Positions 37,875 to 45,382 of a DNA stretch of 45,382 nt are shown here, one piece after another. The notes beneath the pieces were generated by a model. The model did not search any database. It was not told the origin of the DNA and was given only the letters and a program-made list of their open reading frames with translations. This stretch comes from an uncultured Faecalibacterium sp. (GTDB lineage: Bacteria; Bacillota; Clostridia; Oscillospirales; Ruminococcaceae). Positions within the stretch are counted from its first letter, which is position 1. Each line of letters starts with the position of its first letter. Made by a program: the position numbers and the translations under genes. The stretch lies in contig CALDNF010000001.1 in assembly GCA_937917475.1 (NCBI GenBank), forward strand, positions 1 through 45,382, in the 5' to 3' direction.

Positions 37875-38465
37875 TCAATAGGTACAGCCATTCAAAAAAT
37901 CGGTCAGCACGGCCAGCGCATCGCCGGAATAGCTTTCCTGACAGGAAAGCTCCCATTCCATGGCACTCGTGCCACGCTGGGCAAAGGCCGCAACGCCGAA
38001 CGCATACGGATTGCTTTCGTTCGGATAGGTGAACCGAATGACCGTATACTCCTGTCCGGCGGCCGTCAGGGTCTGTGTGTCGGAGATCGAATAGTTCTGC
38101 TCTGCCAGCTCCTTCCAACCGGAAACGGCGGAAGCGGCTTTTTCTTCGGTCTTGTTCTCCTGCACCACCAGCGTCAGCTGTGCATCGTAGAGATCAACCG
38201 TCTTGCCCTCGCTGTTTTCGTAGGGCTGCGGCTCTCCGCTGACCCAGGAAGCATAGTACAGACCATTGGCGGCGAGGATATCCTTGTTGTCCAACAGGGT
38301 GAACCCATCCTGCGGCGCAGGCGCAACCAGCGTTTTGCCCACCGGAGCCGTACCATCCGTATTTACCAGCGGGTCGCTTTTCAGATCTTCGTCTTTCACA
38401 CCGCAGCCGGTACACAGAACTGCCGCCAGTGCAAGTGCCACAATGCACAGCCATTTCCGTTTCAT
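37875..38465 (-). CDS. Lipoprotein of unknown function
   Basis: MKRK, hydrophobic stretch and lipobox (CTG-C); ATGA overlap with the upstream gene. Confidence 0.7.
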   Translation of the reverse strand: MKRKWLCIVALALAAVLCTGCGVKDEDLKSDPLVNTDGTAPVGKTLVAPAPQDGFTLLDNKDILAANGLYYASWVSGEPQPYENSEGKTVDLYDAQLTLVVQENKTEEKAASAVSGWKELAEQNYSISDTQTLTAAGQEYTVIRFTYPNESNPYAFGVAAFAQRGTSAMEWELSCQESYSGDALAVLTDFLNGCTY

Positions 38466-39160
38466 GGGTTTGCCCCTTCCGTCAAGATGTTCCACAGCCG
38501 TTCTGCCCCTTTGCGGGCAAGAGCGGCTTTTTCGTTTTTGGGTTCTTCATAAAAGGCTCTGCGGCCTAAGAAGAGTCCGTTCACCAGTTCTGCGCTGCTG
38601 CCGGTGACCACAGTTCCCAGCACGGTGGTCTGATACGTTCCAAGGTCATATCCGGCCAGCAACGGACAATTTACCCAGCACACGGTTTTCCCGGCAGCGA
38701 TGTAGTCATTATCCTCTGGCGAGGTTCCGTCCCAGTTGGCAAGTGCCTGATAGTCCAACTGAAAATGTACCGGGTCGTCCAGCAGCAGAAAATAGCTTTC
38801 CTCAGCGTTCATATCGGAAAGAAACTGCATCTGTGCGGCAAGCGCATAGGTGGAGGCGTTTTCCGCATCTTCGGTATCGCTGACATACTGGTTGAGTTTG
38901 ACCGAAACGATTCCGTCACCATTCAGATCTTCGCCATGCTGCGCAAAAGCGGCTTCGATGGCGTGAGCGGTATCTTCCGGCAGAGAATTTTTGCCGACAT
39001 AGGCGATCTGGTAGTCCGGCAGTGTTTCGCCCCAGTGCAGAGCGTTTGCCAGCCAGCTGACACCGACCCAGAGCACCACGGCTGCAATCATAAGGTAAAG
39101 CCAGTGGTAATGCAGCCAGTTTTTGAACCAGTACCACCGGCCTTTTTCCGGGGCGGTCAT
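38462..39160 (-). CDS. Single-TM-anchored hypothetical protein
   Basis: Aromatic N-terminus (WFKNWLHYHW) then a TM helix and an extracellular domain; ATGA overlap with the lacI stop. Confidence 0.7.
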   Translation of the reverse strand: MTAPEKGRWYWFKNWLHYHWLYLMIAAVVLWVGVSWLANALHWGETLPDYQIAYVGKNSLPEDTAHAIEAAFAQHGEDLNGDGIVSVKLNQYVSDTEDAENASTYALAAQMQFLSDMNAEESYFLLLDDPVHFQLDYQALANWDGTSPEDNDYIAAGKTVCWVNCPLLAGYDLGTYQTTVLGTVVTGSSAELVNGLFLGRRAFYEEPKNEKAALARKGAERLWNILTEGANP

Positions 39161-40164
39161 GCTTTGGTCGTGCCGCCGTAGGCATAACTGACCGGCAGAC
39201 ACAGCAAGGCAGGTGTGGTGGCGGAAGGTTCCGCCAGAATCAGGTTGACGCAGGTTTCGGCCATCGCTTCTACCGGCTGCACAATGGTAGAGCAGTAATA
39301 ATTCATATCGCCAAAGGTGCGCAGTCCGTCAAATCCGATGACCTGTACATCGTCCGGAACATTGACTCCCATGCTTTTCAGCAGCTGAACGATTTGGTAA
39401 GCCAACCGGTCCGTTACGCAGAAAATGCCGTCAATGTCCAGTTTTCCATCGTGGAGGTGCTCTGTCAGAAACGCCTCAAACTCTTTCATGGGGTCAAAGT
39501 TTCCATTATCCCAAGGATCGTTCAGATTTTTGATTTCACAGCGGACGCCCATCGCTTCGCACGCAGCAACAAAGCCGTCTTTGCGTTTGTTGGTCTCACC
39601 TACGATGGGGGAACCAATGCGCAGGAACGCCAGATTTTTGCAGCCATTCTCCACCAGCTTCTGCGCCGCCAGCCGCCCACCGTTGTAGTTGTCCGATGCC
39701 ACACAGGGAGTGTTGCCGCTGAGATAACGGTCAATGGACACCGACCGCACATTCGGAGAAATTTTCAGGTCGGGGTTGTAAGTCAGGGCGATGATGCCAT
39801 CGACCTTGTTCTGCTCGGCCATCTGCACCATTTCCTGCTCTTTCGTATAGTCATAGTCCGTGTCGCACAGCAGCATCCGATAGCCATGTTTCACCAGTGC
39901 CCGGTTGATGTAATGTGCCACCATGCTGAAGAATGGATTGAGAAGATTCGGCAGAATGACCGCTACCGTATAAGTACGGTTGTTTTTCAGCCCTTTGGCA
40001 TAACTGTTGATGCGATAGTCCAGCGTTTTGATGGCCTGTTCTACCTTTTTGCGGTATTCTTCCCCCACCGGGATGCCGTTGATGACCTTGGATACCGTGC
40101 CGAGGGAAACGCCGGCTTCCTTTGCCACATCCTTCATGGTGGGGGCGGTGGTCTGCTTTGCCAT
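39157..40164 (-). CDS. LacI-family repressor
   Basis: TMKDVAKEAGVSLGTVSKVIN HTH, VPDDVQVIGFD. Confidence 0.95.
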   Translation of the reverse strand: MAKQTTAPTMKDVAKEAGVSLGTVSKVINGIPVGEEYRKKVEQAIKTLDYRINSYAKGLKNNRTYTVAVILPNLLNPFFSMVAHYINRALVKHGYRMLLCDTDYDYTKEQEMVQMAEQNKVDGIIALTYNPDLKISPNVRSVSIDRYLSGNTPCVASDNYNGGRLAAQKLVENGCKNLAFLRIGSPIVGETNKRKDGFVAACEAMGVRCEIKNLNDPWDNGNFDPMKEFEAFLTEHLHDGKLDIDGIFCVTDRLAYQIVQLLKSMGVNVPDDVQVIGFDGLRTFGDMNYYCSTIVQPVEAMAETCVNLILAEPSATTPALLCLPVSYAYGGTTKA

Positions 40165-40183
40165 ATGATCCGCTCCTTTATTC

Positions 40184-40478
40184 GTGAAACGTTTTTACTT
40201 GTTGTGCAAAAACGGAACAAATTGAATCCCTGTCTGGCTTTGATTCATGGATTTTGTGGCTTCAGTATAGCACGTTTTCCTATGCTTGTAAATACTTTTC
40301 GTGAAATTTCATGAATCGTTTCACGAAACAGAAGTGCTGCATTTTGCACAAAATAAAGCAACAAATGATGCGCAAGCCATTGAAAAGATGCACACAAGTC
40401 ATTTTTACGGTCGAAATCGGTTGACACGAAAATGCAGATGTGCTATCTTTGTGTTGCAAGCCGTGTAACGTTTCACGG
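40184..40478. promoter_or_regulatory. Divergent promoters with three LacI-type operators
   Basis: Operators GTGAAACGTTTTTA (40184-40197), CATGAATCGTTTCACG (40310-40325), CCGTGTAACGTTTCACGG (40461-40478). lacI promoter TTTACA-17-TATACT (40292-40264); ABC promoter TTGACA-17-TATCTT (40421-40449). Confidence 0.78.
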
Positions 40479-40558
40479 AAACGAAGAAAAATGCTCCTGA
40501 ACGGCGGGAGCGACCGGCCCGCAGGCTGCGGGAACCAAAGCATGAAGGAGGAGTCTAT

Positions 40559-41509
40559 ATGACGCAGACATCGTCGGCAGCTGCTGCACGACAGCTGGAC
40601 GACATCCCAATCCACCGCAAGAGCCTCAAGCAAAGGCTCCGGGAAAACTGGCAGCTCTATGTGATGCTGCTGATTCCTGTGGTGCTGACCATCGTTTACA
40701 AGTACTGGCCCATGTACGGCATCCAGATCGCATTCCGTGATTTCAAGGCAAGCCGGGGCATTACGGGAAGCGAATGGGTCGGCCTGTACTGGTTTGAGCG
40801 GTTCTTCACCGCACCGAACTGTGTGCGCATGATCAAGAATACCGTGCTGCTCAGCCTGTACAGCCTGCTGTGGAGTTTCCCGATTCCCATTATCCTGTCC
40901 CTGTGCATCAACCAGCTGCGTTTTGCCAAGTTCAAGCGGGTAGTGCAGACGGTGCTGTATGCGCCGCACTTCATTTCCACCATGGTCATCTGCGGTATGA
41001 TCAAAATTTTCCTCAGCCCGTCCGGCGTTCTGCTGAACCTGATCCTGGGAACCAGCGTGGACTTCCTTTCGGAGAGCAGCGCATTCCGTACCATTTATGT
41101 AGCGTCCGGCATCTGGCAGGAAGCCGGATGGGGCACCATCATTTATATGGCCTGTCTGGCTGCTGTGGATACCAGCCTGTACGAAGCCGCCAAAATTGAT
41201 GGCGCATCCATGTTCCAGCGCATCCTGCACATCGACATCCCGGAACTGGTTCCCATGATCGTTTTGCAGCTCATCATGAGCGTGGGCAACCTGATGAATG
41301 TCGGCTTTGAAAAAGTCCTGCTGCTCCAGACCGAGCTGAACAAGGCCACCAGCGACATCATTGCCGTGTACGTTTACGAACAGGGCATCATCAACGCCAA
41401 GTACAGCTATTCCACGGCAGTCGGCCTGTTCAACACGATTGTCAACATCATCCTGCTCATCATCGTCAACCGCATTGCCAAGAAAGCGGCAGACGTCAGC
41501 TTTGTGTAA
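40559..41509 (+). CDS. Carbohydrate ABC transporter permease 1
   Basis: PMYGIQIAF, YAPHFIS, EAA loop LYEAAKIDGAS. Confidence 0.93.
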   Translation: MTQTSSAAAARQLDDIPIHRKSLKQRLRENWQLYVMLLIPVVLTIVYKYWPMYGIQIAFRDFKASRGITGSEWVGLYWFERFFTAPNCVRMIKNTVLLSLYSLLWSFPIPIILSLCINQLRFAKFKRVVQTVLYAPHFISTMVICGMIKIFLSPSGVLLNLILGTSVDFLSESSAFRTIYVASGIWQEAGWGTIIYMACLAAVDTSLYEAAKIDGASMFQRILHIDIPELVPMIVLQLIMSVGNLMNVGFEKVLLLQTELNKATSDIIAVYVYEQGIINAKYSYSTAVGLFNTIVNIILLIIVNRIAKKAADVSFV

Positions 41510-41522
41510 GGGGGCGAATCGT

Positions 41523-42434
41523 ATGGCAAAATCCGTTGCAAAGTCCGGTCGGAAGCCCGGCGGTCTGTCCGATAAAGTCAGCGGTGTCGTTCTGGTCATC
41601 ATCTGTGCAGCAGTCATGCTCATTGTGGCCTATCCGCTGTACTACGTTCTGGTGGCATCCTTCTCGGACCCCTACGACGTGTATGCAGGCAAAACCTTCC
41701 TGCTGCCCAGTCAGTTCACTTTGAAAGGCTATCAGGCCGTGTTTGCGGATAGCTCTCTGCTTTCCGGCTTTCTGAACAGCATCAAGTACACCATCATCGG
41801 CACGATCTACTCGGTGATTATGATCTATCTGGTGGCGTATCCGCTGAGCGCGAAAGACCTGCCCGGCCGCAAGTACATCAGCCTGTTCTTCGTCATTACG
41901 ATGTATTTCGGCGGCGGTCTGGTTCCCACCTACCTGATCGTCAAGCAGACCGGCCTGCTGGGCAGTATGTGGGCCCTGTTCCTGCCCGGTGTCGTGGCCG
42001 TGGGCAATGTCATCATCGTCCGCAACTTCTTTGAAAACAATATTCCCCGTGAACTGCTGGAAGCTGCTGAAATCGACGGTGCTTCCAAGTGGACGGTATT
42101 CATCAAGATGATCATTCCGCTGAGCCGCTCCATCATGGCCGTTATGGTCGTGTACAGCATGGTGGCCTACTGGAACGACTGGTTCACGGCCCTGATCTAC
42201 CTGAAAGCGGATCAGGCTCCGCTGCCGCTGGTGCTGCGCAACATCCTGATCAAGAGCTCCACCAGTGCAAGCCAGTCCTCGATGATCTCCGGCGGCTTTG
42301 CCGAATTAAACAAACTGACCGAAATGGTCAAGTTCGCATCCATCATCGTGGCCGCTGCTCCGATGCTTATGGTTTATCCGTTCGTTCAGAAATATTTTGA
42401 AAAAGGCTTTATGGCGGGTGCGGTCAAGGGCTGA
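41523..42434 (+). CDS. Carbohydrate ABC transporter permease 2
   Basis: MYFGGGLVPTY, ELLEAAEIDGAS, WNDWF, YPFVQKYF.KG...GAVKG; ATG at 41523. Confidence 0.93.
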   Translation: MAKSVAKSGRKPGGLSDKVSGVVLVIICAAVMLIVAYPLYYVLVASFSDPYDVYAGKTFLLPSQFTLKGYQAVFADSSLLSGFLNSIKYTIIGTIYSVIMIYLVAYPLSAKDLPGRKYISLFFVITMYFGGGLVPTYLIVKQTGLLGSMWALFLPGVVAVGNVIIVRNFFENNIPRELLEAAEIDGASKWTVFIKMIIPLSRSIMAVMVVYSMVAYWNDWFTALIYLKADQAPLPLVLRNILIKSSTSASQSSMISGGFAELNKLTEMVKFASIIVAAAPMLMVYPFVQKYFEKGFMAGAVKG

Positions 42435-42495
42435 TGTACTTTTACGCTACCTGCCAACAACGTAAGATATTTTTTGCAGAAAAGGAGAAACTACC

Positions 42496-44154
42496 ATGAA
42501 AAAGATGATCTCTCGCCGCAGCTTCCTCAAGGTGTGTGCCGTGGCCGGTTCCGCTATGGCTCTGTCTGCCTGTGGCGGCAGCAAGAAAGCCGACGCACCC
42601 GATCCTTCCAACACCGACCAGACCAGCTTTGATATTGTGGGCGGCCAATCCGCTCTGAGCCCCGGCTACAACGACAACGAAGTGCTGAACAAGCTGGCCG
42701 ATAATGTGGGCATCAAGATCTCCTATGAGACCATGAGCGATTCCCTGAGCGAGCAGGTGAACATCCGCATTGCGGGCGACCAGCTGCCGGATGCCTTTAT
42801 GGGTGTTGGCTTCTCCAACTACGAGCTGACCAATTACGGCGCAGACGGCACCTTCCTTGACCTGAGCCCCTACATCACGGCCGATATTATGCCCAACCTG
42901 ACCAAGATTCTGGATGAGCATCCGGCGATCCGCGCTGCAATCACGATGGGTGATGGCTGCATCTATGGTCTGCCTGCCGCAGAACAGATGGGCACTGCCG
43001 GTATCGGTGACGAGGATGATTACAGCATCTATACCATTCCGCAGTTCTCCATGATCAACAAGCGTTGGCTGGATGAGCTGGGTCTGGAAGTTCCTACCAC
43101 GCTGGACGAGCTGCATACTGCGCTGAAGGCTTTCAAGGACAACGATATGTCGGCCAAGGTCTACGGCAATGCTCCCGGCAGCACCATCCCCATGTCCACC
43201 GGCTTTGACGAGTGGTGCTGGGGTCAGAACATCTTCTACGCTGGTTTCGGCTTCACCAACTGGCCCAACGATGTCTGCAACGACCTCGTGCTCCAAAAGG
43301 ATGGCAAGTGCCGTTTTGTTTGTGCAGATGATAATTACCGCAAGGCTGTCACCTACTTCCACGACTGGTATGCTGAGGGTCTGATGGATGTGGAAATGTT
43401 CAGTCAGGATGCAAACCAGCTGCTTGCCAAAGGCGCACAGGGCTATCTGGGCGTGTCCACATGGTGGTACATTGAAGAGCTGATGGGCGATTACGCCAAG
43501 GATTATGTCTTCCTGCCGGTTCTGGACGGCCCGGATGGAACCCATAACGTGACTGTTCGCACGGGCGGCGGCACGAACAGCGGCAATCTGAGCATCACCA
43601 ACAAGTGCCAGAGTCCTGCAAATCTTTTGAAATTCTTTGACCAGTGGTATGACGGTGAAACGGTTATGCAGCTCCAGTACGGCCCCATCGGCGTGTTCTT
43701 CACCGAGCAGGATGCCAACGGCAAGTGGAAATCCATTACGGATGAGGAAGCCAAGGCAAAGTACAACAAGGGTGCAGGTGAGTTGAAATCTGCTTATGAG
43801 GTTTGGGGTCCGAAGCTGATCCTCAGCGAATACTACGATGAGTATTTCTACATGGAAGACCGTGCCATTGAGCGTCTGACGGATCTGAAGGATTACTGGA
43901 TGCCGTTCGTGGATGACACCACAACTTATCCTGTGGACTGTGTCTTCAATGCCGATGAGCTGGATACCATTGACCGTTACCGCACCGACTTTGAGAATGC
44001 GGTTTCCGAGCAGGAAGGTCTGTGGCTGAAAGATGGCGGCCCCTCCGATGACGAGTGGAACGCATACCTTGACACTCTGAAGAACAACTGCGGCATGGAC
44101 AAGCTGCTGGAAGTCTATCAGGGCGCATACGACCGTTACAAGGCCAATGCCTGA
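42496..44154 (+). CDS. Carbohydrate ABC solute-binding lipoprotein
   Basis: SRRSFLK signal with LSAC lipobox; INKRWLDELGLEVPTTLDEL family-1 SBP motif. Confidence 0.92.
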   Translation: MKKMISRRSFLKVCAVAGSAMALSACGGSKKADAPDPSNTDQTSFDIVGGQSALSPGYNDNEVLNKLADNVGIKISYETMSDSLSEQVNIRIAGDQLPDAFMGVGFSNYELTNYGADGTFLDLSPYITADIMPNLTKILDEHPAIRAAITMGDGCIYGLPAAEQMGTAGIGDEDDYSIYTIPQFSMINKRWLDELGLEVPTTLDELHTALKAFKDNDMSAKVYGNAPGSTIPMSTGFDEWCWGQNIFYAGFGFTNWPNDVCNDLVLQKDGKCRFVCADDNYRKAVTYFHDWYAEGLMDVEMFSQDANQLLAKGAQGYLGVSTWWYIEELMGDYAKDYVFLPVLDGPDGTHNVTVRTGGGTNSGNLSITNKCQSPANLLKFFDQWYDGETVMQLQYGPIGVFFTEQDANGKWKSITDEEAKAKYNKGAGELKSAYEVWGPKLILSEYYDEYFYMEDRAIERLTDLKDYWMPFVDDTTTYPVDCVFNADELDTIDRYRTDFENAVSEQEGLWLKDGGPSDDEWNAYLDTLKNNCGMDKLLEVYQGAYDRYKANA

Positions 44155-44180
44155 TTCTAAGACGCAAGGAGGCATCTGCG

Positions 44181-45382
44181 ATGCCAAGTGAAATTTTGAA
44201 CAAAGCCCGTGCCTATGAAGCAGAGCACGGCGCAGCCATTACGCCAGAAGAACGCCCTGCTTACCACATGACCCCTTATGTGGGCTGGCTGAACGACCCC
44301 AACGGGTTCTCGTTCTATCAGGGAAAATACCACCAGTTCTACCAGTACAACCCCTATGCGACCCACTGGGGGCCGATGCACTGGGGGCATGCAGTCAGCA
44401 CCGACCTGCTGCACTGGGAATACCTCCCCTGCGCTCTCGCCCCGGATTCCCCGGCGGACAATGGCCCCGGCTGTTTCTCCGGCTCTGCAACGGAAATGGA
44501 CGATGGCAAGCAGCTGCTGCTCTACACCAGTGTGGTTGCTGAAAAGCAGCCCAATGGGGAGATGCGTGACATCCAGACCCAGAGCATTGCCATTGGCGAC
44601 GGCCTGAACTACGAAAAGCCTGCCTGCAACCCCATCCTGACCCAGAAAGATCTGCCGGAAGGATTCAGCAAGTTCGATTTCCGTGACCCGAAGATCTGGC
44701 GGGAAGATGACGGCACCTATTCAGCTGTCACAGTCTGCCTTGCCGAAGATGGAAGCGGCGCAGCGATGCTGTTCCAGAGTGCAGATGGTTTTGACTGGCA
44801 CTTTGTCACGGTGCTGAAACGCTGCAACAACGAGTACGGCAAAATGTGGGAGTGCCCGGACTTCTTCGAACTGGATGGTAAGCAGATCCTGATGCTTGGG
44901 CCCATGGAAATGAAGCCGAAAGGCGAGTTCCACAACGGCCACAATGTCATTGCCTTCATCGGCAGCTATGATAAGGACACCCACACCTTTACCAAAGAAG
45001 ATGTGCAGCTGATGGATGGCGGCATCGACTTCTATGCCACCCAGACTACTCTTGCACCGGATGGCCGCAGGATCATGACCGCATGGCTGCAAACATGGTC
45101 GGACACAGAGGACAAGCCGCAGGGCTGCAAGTGGTTCGGACAGACCATCTGCCCACGTGAACTCCATCTGAAAAATGGGCGTATCACCCAGAACCCGGTG
45201 CGGGAGCTGGATGCAGCCCATGGCAAGCGCACCCTGCACGAAAATGTGACCGTGCAGAAAGAAACTGCGCTGGATGGCATCGGTGGCCGCATTGCAGACC
45301 TGACCGTTACCGTTGCGCCGGGCGAGTACCGCTCGCTTACCATCAAGCTGGCTGCGGATGCAGACTATCACACCAGCCTGAC
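44181..45382 (+). CDS. GH32 beta-fructofuranosidase / sucrose-6-phosphate hydrolase (runs off the window; absent from the ORF track)
   Basis: ATG 44181 after AAGGAGG; WLNDPNG, WGPMHWGHA, FSGS, FRDPK, WECPD motifs read directly from the DNA. Confidence 0.93.
   Translation, partial: MPSEILNKARAYEAEHGAAITPEERPAYHMTPYVGWLNDPNGFSFYQGKYHQFYQYNPYATHWGPMHWGHAVSTDLLHWEYLPCALAPDSPADNGPGCFSGSATEMDDGKQLLLYTSVVAEKQPNGEMRDIQTQSIAIGDGLNYEKPACNPILTQKDLPEGFSKFDFRDPKIWREDDGTYSAVTVCLAEDGSGAAMLFQSADGFDWHFVTVLKRCNNEYGKMWECPDFFELDGKQILMLGPMEMKPKGEFHNGHNVIAFIGSYDKDTHTFTKEDVQLMDGGIDFYATQTTLAPDGRRIMTAWLQTWSDTEDKPQGCKWFGQTICPRELHLKNGRITQNPVRELDAAHGKRTLHENVTVQKETALDGIGGRIADLTVTVAPGEYRSLTIKLAADADYHTSL

Noticed and set aside
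3401..39202. Extended N-termini in the ORF track (e.g. starts at 4390, 6754, 7096, 16803, 26399, 27931, 31147, 31494, 39202)
   Set aside because: Downstream ATGs with good RBSs or ATGA coupling match family N-termini better.

Overview
A 45 kb chromosomal window from a high-GC gut Clostridia member. Gene content and style fit Faecalibacterium/Oscillospiraceae (inference). No integrase, transposase, tRNA, rRNA or CRISPR array was seen. The window has four blocks. (1) 1-7.1 kb: a truncated LysR gene, then a polyamine operon (Arg/Lys/Orn decarboxylase, speE, speB, carboxyspermidine dehydrogenase, nspC). It is preceded by a ~410-nt, highly structured leader with mutually exclusive terminator/antiterminator pairings. 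(2) 7.2-10.1 kb: nitroreductase, a secreted hypothetical protein and a Crp/Fnr-ferredoxin pair. (3) ~10.3-35.4 kb: a sugar-acid (glucarate/galactarate and related) catabolic island. It carries garD, two gudD paralogues (one with an in-frame TGA at a conserved Trp), a DHDPS-family aldolase, garR, glycerate kinase, DgoD-like and UxuA-like dehydratases, tandem MBL-fold hydrolases, three SLC13-like transporters, two MATEs, two LysRs and a catalytically degenerate PrpR-like enhancer-binding protein. (4) 35.5-45.4 kb: a GNAT gene and a LacI-controlled fructan/sucrose ABC-GH32-fructokinase locus. The best novel-system candidate is a regulon inside the island. A TTTCA-N5-TGAAA palindrome sits at phased distances upstream of sigma70-type promoters, with exactly 49 bp to the -35 in three cases. 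One of those promoters drives no protein gene but a ~190-nt candidate sRNA with tandem anti-Shine-Dalgarno motifs. All assignments come from reading the sequence by eye; no searches or folding programs were run.
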